Shown: positions 50,249-62,639, numbered from the stretch's first letter. The stretch: DNA of 64,000 nt from an uncultured Gemmatimonadales bacterium (GCA_963825055.1 CAWGSK010000009.1:1-64000); one strand, 5' to 3'. The notes: generated from the letters alone by a model not told the origin. Made by a program: numbers and translations.

Positions 50249-50421
50249 CTGTCGCGGCCCGGACGGCTGAGTGGATCTGCACCAACTGCGGCTCGACCAA
50301 CCGCAAGCTGGTGCCATTCGGCGTGGAGGAGATCGAGGACCGGTGCGTCTCGTGCGGGAAGAAGCACGACGTCCGGATCAATGAGCGCCCGGTTCGCTGG
50401 GACGCCAGCCAGGCCCGCTGA
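50245..50421 (+). CDS. Small zinc-ribbon protein (58 aa)
   Basis: GGAGG SD; start overlaps the ruvA stop and stop overlaps the ruvB start; WICTNCG...CVSCG. Confidence 0.75.
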   Translation: MTVAARTAEWICTNCGSTNRKLVPFGVEEIEDRCVSCGKKHDVRINERPVRWDASQAR

Positions 50422-51455
50422 TGACCGATCGCGCCCGGCTCCAGGTCACCACCCCCGACGTGATCCCCGAGGAATCCGGTGCCGAGATGGCGCTGCGCCC
50501 CTCGCGGCTCGATGAGTTCGTGGGGCAGGAGCAGGTGCGCGCGTCGCTGCAGATCGCCATCGACGCCGCGCGTGGCCGTGGCGAGACGCTCGACCATCTC
50601 CTCTTCTTCGGCCCGCCCGGCCTTGGCAAGACGACCCTCGCCATGCTGGTCGCGCGGGAGATGGGGGTGGAGATCCGGACGACCTCCGGCCCCGTCCTGG
50701 AGAAGGCCGGTGACCTGGTCGGGCTGCTCACGAGCCTGGGAACGGGCGACGTGCTGTTCATCGACGAGATCCACCGGCTCCGCCCCGCCCTGGAGGAGTT
50801 TCTGTACCCCGCCATGGAAGACTACCGGGTGGACGTCCGCATCTCCGACGGGCCGCGGGCGCAGACCATCCCGATGAACATCGAGCGCTTCACCCTGATC
50901 GGCGCGACTACCCGCTTCGGCCTGCTCACACCGCCGATGCGGGCCCGATTCGGCATGGTGGAACGGCTCAACTTCTACCCGCCGGAAGACCTCCAGCGCA
51001 TCGTCACGCGCAGCGCGTCCATCCTGGACGTCCCGACTGACACCGACGGCGCCGTCGAGATCGCCCGGAGGAGCCGGGGCACGCCGCGCGTCGCCAACCG
51101 GCTCCTCCGGCGGGTGCGGGACTACGCCCAGGTCCGGGCCGACGGCCGGATCACCGGCGATGTCGCGCGCGAAGCCCTCGCCCGGCTCAATGTGGACGAG
51201 TTCGGCCTCGACGACATGGACGCACGGATCCTCACCACGATCATCGAGAAGTTCGGCGGCGGCCCGGTGGGGCTCGGCACGGTCGCGGTTGCGGTGGGCG
51301 AGGACCCGGGCACCCTCGAGGAAGTGTACGAGCCCTACATGATCCAGCAGGGGTTCCTCGAGCGCACCCCGCGCGGCCGTTGCGCCACCGCGCTCGCGTA
51401 CCAGCGGTTCGGCTACCGCCCTCCCGACCGGCAGGCATCGATCTTTGACGGCTGA
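50421..51455 (+). CDS. ruvB: Holliday junction DNA helicase
   Basis: [19 protein letters not shown] and RTPRGR motifs. Confidence 0.97.
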   Translation: MTDRARLQVTTPDVIPEESGAEMALRPSRLDEFVGQEQVRASLQIAIDAARGRGETLDHLLFFGPPGLGKTTLAMLVAREMGVEIRTTSGPVLEKAGDLVGLLTSLGTGDVLFIDEIHRLRPALEEFLYPAMEDYRVDVRISDGPRAQTIPMNIERFTLIGATTRFGLLTPPMRARFGMVERLNFYPPEDLQRIVTRSASILDVPTDTDGAVEIARRSRGTPRVANRLLRRVRDYAQVRADGRITGDVAREALARLNVDEFGLDDMDARILTTIIEKFGGGPVGLGTVAVAVGEDPGTLEEVYEPYMIQQGFLERTPRGRCATALAYQRFGYRPPDRQASIFDG

Positions 51456-52486
51456 ACGCCGGTTCCGCACGGCCGACTTCGACTACGAGCTCCCGGAAGA
51501 ACTGATCGCCCAGCGCCCCGCGTCACGGCGGGAGGCGAGCCGCCTGCTCGTCGTCCGGCCCGGTGGCGAGCCCGGGCTCGAGGACCGGCACTTCCCCGAC
51601 CTTGCCGCCCTGGTGGCGCCGGGCGACTGTCTGGTGATCAACACCACTCGCGTGCGGCATGCCCGACTCCTCGGTACCCGGCCGTCGGGCCGGCCGGCCG
51701 AGCTGTTGCTCATCCACCCCGGGGCTGCCGGCGACTGGGTCGCCATGGGAAAACCGGGCAGCGCGCTCCAGCCCGGGAAGCGCATCGCCTTCGGCAGCGA
51801 GGCATCGGCCGAAACACTCGAGGTGCTGCCGGACGGCAACCGCCGTGTGCGCTTTCACGGGATGCCGGTCGAGGAAATCATGGCCCGGTTCGGCCGCCTT
51901 CCGCTGCCGCCTTACATCCGGCACGACCCGGACATCGATGACGAGGAACGCTACCAGACCGTCTACGCCGAGCGCGAGGGAAGCGTCGCGGCGCCGACGG
52001 CGGGACTGCATTTCACGCCTGCCCTGCTGGATACGCTCGCTGGACGGGGTGTGGCCATCGCGCGCATCGACCTCGAGGTCGGGCCCGGCACGTTCCGGCC
52101 GGTCGAGGAGGAAGACCCCGCGGCGCACCCGATGCATCCCGAGCGCTTCGAGATTCCGGAAGAGGCCGCCGTCGTCGTCGCCGCGACCCGGACCGGTGGA
52201 GGACGCGTGTGGGCCGTCGGCACCACGGTCGTCCGCGCGCTGGAGAGTGCCGCGGCAGGCGATGGCGTCCGCCCGGGGCCAGCCACGACAAGCCTCATGA
52301 TCACGCCGGGCTACCGGTTCCGCGTGGTGGATGCCCTGGTTACGAACTTCCACCTGCCGCGGAGCACCCTGCTCATGCTGGTCTCGGCGTTCGCGGGGTA
52401 CGATACGACCATGCAGGCCTATGCCCACGCCGTCCAGGAGCGCTACCGGTTCTATTCGTACGGGGATGCGATGGCGGTGGTGGGGA

Positions 52487-52500
<14 letters not shown>
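51445..52500 (+). CDS. queA: SAM:tRNA ribosyltransferase-isomerase
   Basis: [31 protein letters not shown] and YSYGDAM motifs. Confidence 0.97.
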
Positions 52501-54094
<1,594 letters not shown>

Positions 54095-54098
<4 letters not shown>

Positions 54099-54631
54099 GC
54101 CTGCTCCGCCTCCACCTGTACGGCTCGCCGGTCCTGCGCCAGCAGGGCGAGCCCGTCGGTGGGGTCACTGACGAAATCCGGGCCTTCGTGGAAGACCTTT
54201 TCGAGACCATGCACGCCGCCAAGGGCGTCGGCCTGGCCGCGAACCAGGTGGGGGTGGCGCGGAAAGTGGCCGTCGTCGAGGTGGACGGCGAGCGGGTGGT
54301 GCTGATCGACCCGGAAATCATCGAGGCGGAAGGCCGCGACCGCGGCGAGGAAGGCTGCCTCAGCATTCCCGAGATCTTCGGCGAGGTGACCCGGCCCGGG
54401 AAGATCGTGCTCGAAGCCACCGACGAACACGGCACCCGGCGCCGCCGTGAAGCCACCGGCCTGCTCGCGCGCGCGATTCAGCACGAGATGGACCATCTGG
54501 ACGGCATCCTGTTCATCGACCACCTGAGCCCGATGAAGCGCCGCATGCTGATGAATCGCTACCGGCGTGAACACAAGGATGACGCGGGGTATATCCTGGA
54601 GATCGATGCCGCCCAGGCACGCTCAGGATAA
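54095..54631 (+). CDS. def: Peptide deformylase
   Basis: GVGLAANQ, EGCLS and HEMDH motifs. Confidence 0.96.
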
Positions 54632-55557
54632 TGCGGATCGCTTTCTTCGGGACGCCCGAGTTCGCGGTGCCGTCCCTGCACGCCCTCCTCACCGCAGGTC
54701 TCGACGTCGCCTGCGTCGTCACCCAGCCCGACCGACCCCGCGGCCGCTCCCGCTCCACCCTCTCCGCTTCCCCCGTCAAGGACGCCGCGACCGACCTCGA
54801 CCTGCCGCTGCTGCAGCCCGAGCGCCCGGCGGGCGACGTGTTCCTGGAGACGCTGCGGCGCTACAACACCGACCTCGGGGTGGTGGTGGCCTACGGACAC
54901 ATCCTCCGGCCGGAAGCGCTCGAGGTGCCCCGGATGGGGATGATCAACGTCCACGCCTCCCTCCTGCCGAAGCTGCGCGGCGCGGCGCCGATCGAATGGG
55001 CCATCCTGAACGGCGACCACGAAACCGGCATCTCCATCATGCGGATGACGGCCGGCATGGACAGCGGGCCGGTCATCCGCCGCGAGCACACGCCGATCGG
55101 CAAGACGGAGACCAAGGGCGAACTGCGCTCCCGCCTCGCTCACATGGGCGCGCTCACCCTGGTGGCCAGTCTCACCGATGGCGACGACCTGGCCGGCGCG
55201 CCGCAGGACGACGGCCAGGCGACCCTCGCGCCCAAGATCCACCGGGAACTCTGCCGGCTCGACTGGACCGCCAGCGCCGAGGCCTGCGTCCGGCGCATTC
55301 GCGCGTTCGACCCGGAGCCGGGTGCGTGGGCGGTGCTGGACGGGGAGACGGTGAAGCTGTTTGATGCGCGCGTCTCCAGCAGCGCCGCCGACGCCGCTGC
55401 CCCCGGGACCATCGTGCGCGCCACCGATCGACTGCTCCTCGCGACCGGCGACGGAGCGGTGATCGTGCGCGAGATCCAGCCCGCGGGCCGCCGACGCATG
55501 CCGGTGCCGGACTGGGTCCACGGCCGCGCCTCCCCGGAGGGGCAGCAGTTCACGTGA
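54631..55557 (+). CDS. fmt: Methionyl-tRNA formyltransferase
   Basis: FFGTPEFA and NVHASLLPKLRGAAPI motifs. Confidence 0.96.
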   Translation: MRIAFFGTPEFAVPSLHALLTAGLDVACVVTQPDRPRGRSRSTLSASPVKDAATDLDLPLLQPERPAGDVFLETLRRYNTDLGVVVAYGHILRPEALEVPRMGMINVHASLLPKLRGAAPIEWAILNGDHETGISIMRMTAGMDSGPVIRREHTPIGKTETKGELRSRLAHMGALTLVASLTDGDDLAGAPQDDGQATLAPKIHRELCRLDWTASAEACVRRIRAFDPEPGAWAVLDGETVKLFDARVSSSAADAAAPGTIVRATDRLLLATGDGAVIVREIQPAGRRRMPVPDWVHGRASPEGQQFT

Positions 55558-56177
55558 GGCCGCTCCCCCGGGTCCACGCCGTGACGGACCGGGCGGTGCT
55601 GGCGCTCGAGGACCTCGGCGTGCGGGTTGCCGCCATTGCCGCCGCCGGACCGGTTGTCGCCCTGCACGTGCGGGACCATGAGGCGGGCGGAGCCGTGCTG
55701 GCCGCGGCCGCGAGGCGCTTCCTTGCGCTCGCCCGTCCGCCGGAGGCCGCCGTCATCGTGAACGGGCACCCCGACATCGCCGCCGCACTGGGAGCGCAGG
55801 GCGCGCAGCTCGGCGCGACGGACCTGAGCCCCGATGACGCCCGCCGGGTCATGCCGCACGGCTGGCTCGGCGCCTCCGTGCACTCGCTGGAGGAAGCCGA
55901 GCGGGTCCGGGATGGAGTGGATTTCTTCGTGGCAGGTTCTCTCTATGAAACCCCCACGCATCCCGGGCGGCCCGGCCAGGGGCCGGCGCTGGTGGAATCG
56001 ATCGCCCGGCTCGGGCGTCCGGTGATTGCCATTGGTGGCGTGACGATCGAACGGCTGCCCGAACTCCGCGATGCCGGCGCATGGGGCGCCGCGGCAATCC
56101 GCGCCCTGTGGCTCGCACCCGACCCGGCCGCGGCCGCCCTCGCCTTTGCCGAGCCCTGGATGGCGGACGATGCCTGA
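55554..56177 (+). CDS. thiE: Thiamine phosphate synthase family protein (ThiE/TenI-like)
   Basis: GASVHSLEE, ETPTHP and VIAIGG; next to thiS and thiG. Could be TenI rather than ThiE. Confidence 0.7.
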   Translation: MRPLPRVHAVTDRAVLALEDLGVRVAAIAAAGPVVALHVRDHEAGGAVLAAAARRFLALARPPEAAVIVNGHPDIAAALGAQGAQLGATDLSPDDARRVMPHGWLGASVHSLEEAERVRDGVDFFVAGSLYETPTHPGRPGQGPALVESIARLGRPVIAIGGVTIERLPELRDAGAWGAAAIRALWLAPDPAAAALAFAEPWMADDA

Positions 56178-56379
56178 AATCACCCTCACCGTAAACGGCG
56201 ACCGCCGGACCATCCCTGGCCCCGCCACCCTGGCGGACCTGCTCCGCCGCCTCGACCTCGACCCGCGCATGGTGGTGGTGGAGCGCAACCGGAGCATCGT
56301 GCGGAAAGACGCCCTGCCGGACACTCCGGTGGCGGACGGGGACGTCATCGAGATCGTGCATTTCGTGGGCGGGGGGTAG
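56170..56379 (+). CDS. thiS: Sulfur carrier protein ThiS
   Basis: VNG, VERN and C-terminal IVHFVGGG. Confidence 0.95.
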   Translation: MPEITLTVNGDRRTIPGPATLADLLRRLDLDPRMVVVERNRSIVRKDALPDTPVADGDVIEIVHFVGGG

Positions 56380-56465
56380 TGGTGAGCGGTGAGCCAGTAA
56401 GGGATCACCGCCCGCATGGAGTCAAGCCCTGCAACCCGTTCACCGTTTACCGTTTACCGCTCACG
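56380..56465. repeat. Short bipartite element (GGTGAGC)x2 ... (CCGTT[C/T]A)x4
   Basis: thiS-thiG spacer; arms complementary. Confidence 0.7.
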
Positions 56466-56492
56466 CTTTGTTTTTCCCCTTATCTTTCCCTC

Positions 56493-57290
56493 ATGGCTAC
56501 GACACTCCACACCCGCACCGACTCCCCGCTGGAAATCGGGGGCCGTACCTTCACTTCCCGGCTGCTCGCAGGTACCGGCAAGTACCCGGACAACGCCAGC
56601 ATGGTGGCCGCCCTGGAGGCATCCGGCACCGAGGTGGTCACCGTCGCCGTGCGCAGGGTGGACCTTGACCGCTCGAAGGAAGAGGGGATGCTGTATCACC
56701 TCGACCCCAGGCGGTGGTTCCTGCTGGCCAACACGGCCGGCTGCTACACCGCCGACGAGGCGATGCGCTATGCGCGGCTCGCACGCGAGGCCGGGTTCAA
56801 CGAGTTCATCAAGCTCGAAGTCATCGGCGACCAGGAGACCCTCCTGCCCGATACCGCCGGCCTCCTGGAGGCGACCCGGACGCTGGCCGGCGAGGGATTC
56901 AAGGTCATGGCGTACACCAATGACGACCTCGTCACGGCCCTCCGGCTGGAGGACGCCGGCGCCGCGGCCGTCATGCCCCTCGCCTCACCCATCGGCAGCG
57001 GACTCGGCCTGCTCAACCCGTTCAGCATCCGCACCATCAAGCACCGGCTCGGCGTGCCCGTGATCGTGGACGCCGGTGTCGGCAGCGCTTCCGACGCGTG
57101 CATTACGATGGAGCAGGGCGTGGACGGAATCCTGATGAACACCGCACTGGCCCAGGCTGCCGATCCGGTCGCCATGGCCACCGCGATGCGGCTCGCGGTG
57201 CAGGCGGGCCGGCTGTCGTGGATGGCGGGGCGCATGCCACGCCGCGAGGTCGCGGTGCCGTCCTCCCCGACCGGGGGCATGCTGGACTGA
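56493..57290 (+). CDS. thiG: Thiazole synthase
   Basis: GTGKY, NTAGC, KLEVI and PIGSGLG motifs. Confidence 0.97.
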   Translation: MATTLHTRTDSPLEIGGRTFTSRLLAGTGKYPDNASMVAALEASGTEVVTVAVRRVDLDRSKEEGMLYHLDPRRWFLLANTAGCYTADEAMRYARLAREAGFNEFIKLEVIGDQETLLPDTAGLLEATRTLAGEGFKVMAYTNDDLVTALRLEDAGAAAVMPLASPIGSGLGLLNPFSIRTIKHRLGVPVIVDAGVGSASDACITMEQGVDGILMNTALAQAADPVAMATAMRLAVQAGRLSWMAGRMPRREVAVPSSPTGGMLD

Positions 57291-58579
57291 CGGCCCCGGA
57301 AACCGGCGGGGCCACCCGGTCGCGCGCCGCCGCCCTCGCGATCCTGGGCGATGTCCGCTCGGGGACCCCGCTCGACCTGGCACTGGACCGCCGGGCTGCC
57401 GGGCTCGACGACGCCGACCGGCGGCTCGCCCAGGAACTCTCCGCCGGTGTCATCCGGCACCGGTCCCTCCTCGACCACGAACTCGCCCCGCTTGCCACCC
57501 AGGGCTGGGACAGCGTCGACCCCGGCATTGCTGACGTGCTCCGGCTCGGACTCTACCAGCTTCGCTATCTGGACCGCATCCCCCCGCACGCCGCGGTCAG
57601 CACCAGCGTGGAACTGGCGCGCAGCGTGGCGCCAAGGGCCGCCGGTTTCACCAACGCCGTCCTCCGCCGCCTCATCCGGCAACGCCCCACGTCCCCGCCC
57701 GGCGATCTCGCGACCCTCCATTCCCACCCGGCCTGGCTGGTGGAACGCTGGGTGGCCCGCTTCGGCGAAGAGGCGACGCGCGAGCTGCTCGAATGGAACA
57801 ACCGGCGACCCTCGCTCGTGCTCCAGCCGGCCCGGGTCGACATGACCGAACTGGGCCGCCGGCTCCGGGCGGGCGGCATCGAGGTGACGGAGGCACCCTT
57901 CGGCGCGGGTTGGGTGGTGGAAGGAGGGTCGCCGCGCGACATGCCGGGCTATGCCTCCGGTGACTTTTACGTGCAGGACCCGGCCCATGCCCTGGTGGCA
58001 CGCATGGCGGACGTGCCGCCGGGGACCCTGGTGTACGACGCGGCCGCCGCTCCCGGCGGCAAGGCCCTCGCACTGGACTCGACCGGGGCGCGCGTGCTGG
58101 CGGGAGACGTGAGCCGGTCGAGGGCACGCCGGGTGGCGGAGAATCTCGCGCGGGCAGGCAGCGGGCACTCATGGCCCGTCGTCGCTGATGCCATGCATCC
58201 CCCACTCCGGGAGACCGGCGCGGTGCTGCTGGACGCGCCCTGCCTCGGCACCGGCACGCTGGCCCGCCATCCAGATGCCCGGTGGCGGGTGACCCCCGAA
58301 GCGCTGGAGGCACTGGCCCGCCGCCAGGCACGCCTGCTTGACGCCCTCGCCGGTCTCATCCCGAGCGGAGGGTGGTTAACTTACGCCACCTGTTCACTGG
58401 AGCCAGAGGAGAACGCGTGCCAGGTCAAGAGTTTCCTGGACGGCCACCCGTCGTTCAGGAGGGATCCGCCGGCGAACCTGCCGCCGGAACTGCTGAGCCC
58501 GGACGGCGACCTGGAGATCCTGCCGCAGATCCACGGGATGGACGGAGCCTGGGCCACGAGGCTGCGCCGCGTGGCATGA
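57287..58579 (+). CDS. rsmB: 16S rRNA m5C967 methyltransferase (NusB-like domain plus MTase)
   Basis: LRLGLYQL, FTNAVLR, AAPGGK, DAPCLGTG and YATCS..EEN. Probable CTG start. Confidence 0.9.
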   Translation: MTAPETGGATRSRAAALAILGDVRSGTPLDLALDRRAAGLDDADRRLAQELSAGVIRHRSLLDHELAPLATQGWDSVDPGIADVLRLGLYQLRYLDRIPPHAAVSTSVELARSVAPRAAGFTNAVLRRLIRQRPTSPPGDLATLHSHPAWLVERWVARFGEEATRELLEWNNRRPSLVLQPARVDMTELGRRLRAGGIEVTEAPFGAGWVVEGGSPRDMPGYASGDFYVQDPAHALVARMADVPPGTLVYDAAAAPGGKALALDSTGARVLAGDVSRSRARRVAENLARAGSGHSWPVVADAMHPPLRETGAVLLDAPCLGTGTLARHPDARWRVTPEALEALARRQARLLDALAGLIPSGGWLTYATCSLEPEENACQVKSFLDGHPSFRRDPPANLPPELLSPDGDLEILPQIHGMDGAWATRLRRVA

Positions 58580-59337
58580 GGGTGCGGCGCCACACGGCGT
58601 CGCCGGCCCTCGCGGGCCCCAGGGGCAGGCGCATCCTGCTGATTGCGGGTGTCATCGTGGGCACGTTCGTGGCCGGGTACCTCATCGCGGCGCTGTTCAT
58701 CTTTCCCGCGCCCATGTTCACCGGCGGTACCCCGCTGCCTCGCGTGCTCGACCTCGAGCGCGCGGAGGCACAGCAGAAACTCACGGATGCCGGGTTCCGG
58801 GTCCGCTTTACGGCGGAAATTCCCGACCCGCGCCGTTCCGCCGGACGGATCGTCTGGCAGGATCCCGCGCCGGGCACCATCCTGCCGGAGGGAAGCGCCG
58901 TGCGCCTGACGCCGAGCGCCGGCCCGTCGCAGATCACCCTGCCGGACCTCGCAGGGCTCGACGTCACCGAGGCGAGCCGCATCCTGAACGTGCTCGGGCT
59001 CGAGGCCGCCATCGAGGACTCGGTCACCTCGGGCACCGATGCCGGCACCGTCCTCGCCACCCGGCCGGGCCCGGGCGCGGCCCGTGCGAGCGGCTCGCGC
59101 ATCGGGCTGGTGGTGAGCAGCGGCGAGGCCCCACGCGCCGTGCCGGACGTGATGGGGCGCTCGCTGGAACAGGCGCGCGCCGCGCTCGAAACCGCCGGGC
59201 TGCGTGTCGGCCGGGTTACCTCTGGTTTCCTGCCGCAGTCCGAGGGCCGCGTGGTGCAGCAGGTGCCGGCGGCGGGCACGCGCCTCGCGCCGGACGGCAC
59301 CGTGGACCTGGTCATTGACCGTGAGGGTAGCCTGTGA
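58576..59337 (+). CDS. PASTA-domain membrane protein (three PASTA repeats)
   Basis: N-terminal TM; LPRVLDL, LPDLAG and VPDVMG repeats; Q.P..G motifs. Confidence 0.85.
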   Translation: MRVRRHTASPALAGPRGRRILLIAGVIVGTFVAGYLIAALFIFPAPMFTGGTPLPRVLDLERAEAQQKLTDAGFRVRFTAEIPDPRRSAGRIVWQDPAPGTILPEGSAVRLTPSAGPSQITLPDLAGLDVTEASRILNVLGLEAAIEDSVTSGTDAGTVLATRPGPGAARASGSRIGLVVSSGEAPRAVPDVMGRSLEQARAALETAGLRVGRVTSGFLPQSEGRVVQQVPAAGTRLAPDGTVDLVIDREGSL

Positions 59338-59999
59338 GCGCCCGTATCGCCCCGAGCATCCTGAGTGCCGACCTCTCCCGCCTCGCGGAGGAGGTGGAGA
59401 CCGTCGTGGACGGGGGAGCCGACTGGCTGCACGTCGACGTGATGGACGGTGCGTTCGTTCCGAACCTGACGTTCGGCGCCCCCGTGATCCGCGCCCTCCG
59501 CAAGCTGACCGACCTGCCGCTGGACGTGCACCTGATGGTGGAGCACCCCGAGCGCTACATCGACGCGTTCGCGGATGCCGGCGCCTCGACCTTCACCTTC
59601 CACCCGGAGGCGACCATCCACGTGCAGCGGCACCTGGCGCGCGTCAGGGAGCACGGGATGCTCGCCGGACTGGCGCTCAATCCCGCGACCCCGCTCGCGG
59701 CAGTGGAGGAGGTCGTGGGCGACCTGGACCTGTTGCTCGTGATGTCGGTGAACCCCGGGTACGGTGGCCAGCGGTACCTGCCCGCCGCCACCGGGAAGAT
59801 CGCGCGGGCCCGCGCGCTGCTCGATGCGCGCGGCTCCGGAGCCATCCTCGAAGTGGACGGTGGCATCACCACCGATACGATCGGCGACGCGTGGGGGGCC
59901 GGCGCCCGCATGTTCGTGGCCGGAACCGCGGTCTTCGGGGCGGATGACCCCGCCGCGGCAGTGGGACACCTGAAACGCCAGTGTGGAATGAAGGTCTGA
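59334..59999 (+). CDS. rpe: Ribulose-phosphate 3-epimerase
   Basis: IAPSILSAD, HVDVMDG, MSVNPG and VDGG motifs. Confidence 0.97.
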   Translation: MSARIAPSILSADLSRLAEEVETVVDGGADWLHVDVMDGAFVPNLTFGAPVIRALRKLTDLPLDVHLMVEHPERYIDAFADAGASTFTFHPEATIHVQRHLARVREHGMLAGLALNPATPLAAVEEVVGDLDLLLVMSVNPGYGGQRYLPAATGKIARARALLDARGSGAILEVDGGITTDTIGDAWGAGARMFVAGTAVFGADDPAAAVGHLKRQCGMKV

Positions 60000-60002
60000 C
60001 GC

Positions 60003-60605
60003 ATGAGGCAATGGATCATCGTGGCGCTGCTGGTCGCCGCGCTCGGCGCGGCGGGATACGCCCTGGTACACTTCAGCCCCGACAGCACGCCCGTAGGGGT
60101 GGGATCGACGGTGCCGGACTTCGATGTCGTGAACGTCCGGACCGGGGACACGCTCTCGCTCCACGACGAGTACGGCGGCTCGGTCACCCTGATCAACATC
60201 TGGGCGACCTGGTGCGTGCCCTGCCGGGTCGAGATGCCCGCCATGCAGGCAGTGTACGACTCGCTCCGGGGATCGGGATTCCGGATCGCGGCGGTGAGCA
60301 TTGACCAGACCAGCCCGACCGGCGTCATGGAGTTCGCCGACGACCTCGGGCTCACCTTCGACATCCTGCAGGACCGCACCACCGAGATCCAGCAGTCCTA
60401 CCGGACCACGGGCGTACCTGAGAGCTTCCTGGTGAATCGCAACGGCATCATCGTCAAGCGGATCATCGGCGCCCAGGACTGGAACTCCCCGCTCAACCGA
60501 TCGCTCATCCGCCGCCTGCTGGAGGATGGCCATGGGGGCGGCGGGTCCGTGCCCGCCATCCCGGGCGGGGACACCGCGCAGGCCGTGCCGCTCCACGGAT
60601 CGTGA
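60003..60605 (+). CDS. TlpA/ResA family thiol-disulfide reductase
   Basis: NIWATWCVPCRVEMP and GVPESF motifs; N-terminal anchor. Confidence 0.9.
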   Translation: MRQWIIVALLVAALGAAGYALVHFSPDSTPVGVGSTVPDFDVVNVRTGDTLSLHDEYGGSVTLINIWATWCVPCRVEMPAMQAVYDSLRGSGFRIAAVSIDQTSPTGVMEFADDLGLTFDILQDRTTEIQQSYRTTGVPESFLVNRNGIIVKRIIGAQDWNSPLNRSLIRRLLEDGHGGGGSVPAIPGGDTAQAVPLHGS

Positions 60606-61645
60606 CCACGCTACTCGCCCTCGAAACGTCGTGTGACGAGACGTCCGCGGCCGTGCTGCGGGCCAACGGGGGCCGCCCGAGCCTCGACGGACTCGTGATC
60701 CTCTCCCAGGACGTGCACCGCGTGTTCGGTGGCGTCGTGCCCGAGCTCGCCAGCCGGGCCCACCTCAAGACCATCGGTGCCGTGGTGGACCATGCCCTGC
60801 GCGAGGCCGACACCACCCTGGATGATCTCGACGCGATCGTCGTGACGGCCGGACCCGGCCTCGTCGGCGCGCTGCTGGTCGGCGTGATGTACGGCAAGGG
60901 CCTCGCATTCGCGCGCGGCCTCCCGCTCCTCGGGGTGCATCACCTGGAAGGCCATCTCTTCGCGCCCACCCTGGAAGGCGAGGTTCACCCGCCGTTCGTG
61001 GGGCTCCTTGTGAGTGGCGGCCATACCCTGCTGCTGGACGTCCGCGACTGGGGCGACTACCGGCTGCTCGGCCAGACCCGCGATGACGCGGCCGGCGAGG
61101 CGTTCGACAAGGTCGCGAAGCTTCTGGGGCTCCCCTATCCAGGCGGGCCCGCGATCGAGCGCCTCGCCGCCCAGGGCCGCCCGGGCCGGTTCAACCTTCC
61201 GCGCCCGATGCTGCAGGAACTCCGGGAACCGGGGCCGGCGCAGTACGAGTTCTCCTTCAGCGGCCTCAAGACAGCAGTGCTCCGCGCAGTCCAGGCCGGC
61301 GCGCCGGACGAGGCCGCCCGGGCCGACCTCGCACGCGCTTTCCAGGACGCCGTCATCGAGGTGCTGGTGGAAAAGACCGCGCACGCCGCCGAGGCACTCG
61401 GGTATCCGACGGTCATGGCCGGCGGCGGTGTCGCCTGCAACCGGACGCTGGTCAGCCGCCTCCAGGAGCGACTGCCCGGGCACCAGGTCGCCGTGGCTTC
61501 CCCGCGGCTCAACACCGACAACGCCGCGATGATCGGCGCCGCCGGGGCCTGGCGGCTCTCGCGGGGCGAGCGAAGCGACTGGTCGCTCGAGCCCCGTTCG
61601 GACCTCCCCTTCCCCGGCCTCACCCTCCAGGACGCGAGCACCTGA
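60602..61645 (+). CDS. tsaD: tRNA t6A threonylcarbamoyltransferase
   Basis: ETSCDET, HHLEGH, DDAAGEAFDK and TDNAAMI motifs. Confidence 0.97.
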   Translation: MTTLLALETSCDETSAAVLRANGGRPSLDGLVILSQDVHRVFGGVVPELASRAHLKTIGAVVDHALREADTTLDDLDAIVVTAGPGLVGALLVGVMYGKGLAFARGLPLLGVHHLEGHLFAPTLEGEVHPPFVGLLVSGGHTLLLDVRDWGDYRLLGQTRDDAAGEAFDKVAKLLGLPYPGGPAIERLAAQGRPGRFNLPRPMLQELREPGPAQYEFSFSGLKTAVLRAVQAGAPDEAARADLARAFQDAVIEVLVEKTAHAAEALGYPTVMAGGGVACNRTLVSRLQERLPGHQVAVASPRLNTDNAAMIGAAGAWRLSRGERSDWSLEPRSDLPFPGLTLQDAST

Positions 61646-62499
61646 TGCACGATGCCGTCACGATCTACCCGTTCATCATTCACCTCGGCCCGCTCGAGGT
61701 GACCGGATACGGCATCATGATGATGGTGGGCTTCCTGATGGGCGGCTGGCTCATCGCGCGGGAACTGCGGCGGCGCGGCCTGCGGGAGGACTACGCCGCG
61801 GATATCACCGTCGCGGCCGTGATCGGCGGGGTGGTGGGCGCCAAGCTCTGGTTCGTCGCCATCAGCGGCGACCCGGGTGCCCTGCTCTCCCGCGGCGGGC
61901 TGGTGTGGTACGGCGGGTTTGTCGGCGGCGCGGCGGCGGTCGCAATCAACGGCTGGCGCCACCGGGTGCCGCTGCGCTGGACGGCCCACCTTGTGGCGCC
62001 GGCGCTCGCGGCAGCGTACGCGCTGGGACGGGTAGGCTGCTTCCTGGTGAATGACGACTACGGCCGGCCAACGACGCTGCCCTGGGCAGTGAAGTTCCCC
62101 GCGGGCCTTCCGCCGTCCACCGCGGCCAACATGCAGTCGCTCTTCGGCATCCCCGTGCCCACGGGCACCGCACCGAACACCGTCCTGGCGGTGCACCCGA
62201 CCCAGATCTACGAAGTCCTCGCCATGCTCGTCGTGTTCGCCATCCTCTGGAAGTGGCGGCTCCGGAGCTGGGGGATCGGGGCGCTCTTCGGCGCCTACCT
62301 CGTGTTCGCCGGGCTGGAGCGTTTCCTGGTGGAGTTCGTGCGCGCCAAGGACGACCGGCTCCTCGGACCGTTCACCGTGGCCCAGGCCACCAGCGTGCTG
62401 CTGGTCCTGATCGGGCTGGCGCTCTGGCTCCGCCTCAAGGACGCCGCCGATCCGGACCCGGGGCAGTACCTTTCCAGCCGCCCGGAGACGTCCGGCTGA
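61645..62499 (+). CDS. lgt: Prolipoprotein diacylglyceryl transferase
   Basis: YG, GRVGCF, HPTQIYE and RFLVEFVR motifs. Confidence 0.95.
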   Translation: MHDAVTIYPFIIHLGPLEVTGYGIMMMVGFLMGGWLIARELRRRGLREDYAADITVAAVIGGVVGAKLWFVAISGDPGALLSRGGLVWYGGFVGGAAAVAINGWRHRVPLRWTAHLVAPALAAAYALGRVGCFLVNDDYGRPTTLPWAVKFPAGLPPSTAANMQSLFGIPVPTGTAPNTVLAVHPTQIYEVLAMLVVFAILWKWRLRSWGIGALFGAYLVFAGLERFLVEFVRAKDDRLLGPFTVAQATSVLLVLIGLALWLRLKDAADPDPGQYLSSRPETSG

Positions 62500-62544
62500 C
62501 CCCTCTGGTCATCTGCGACAATCCCTGAAATTTGTCCGTGCCCG

Positions 62545-62572
62545 ATCCGCCCCCACCCGGGGGCGGATTTCA
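62545..62572 (+). terminator. Possible terminator hairpin after lgt
   Basis: atccgccccc / gggggcggat stem followed by TT. Confidence 0.5.
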
Positions 62573-62613
62573 CATGTACTTTTATTACAATGACTTACGG
62601 GCTTGGTTTCTGC

Positions 62614-62629
62614 TGGCACCATACCTGCG
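62614..62629 (+). promoter_or_regulatory. Putative sigma54 promoter TGGCACCATACCTGCG with upstream IHF-like CAATGACTTA (62588-62597)
   Basis: TGGCAC and exact GG-N10-GC spacing; same layout as the three PEP-CTERM-region promoters. Confidence 0.65.
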
Positions 62630-62639
62630 ACAGGGATGG

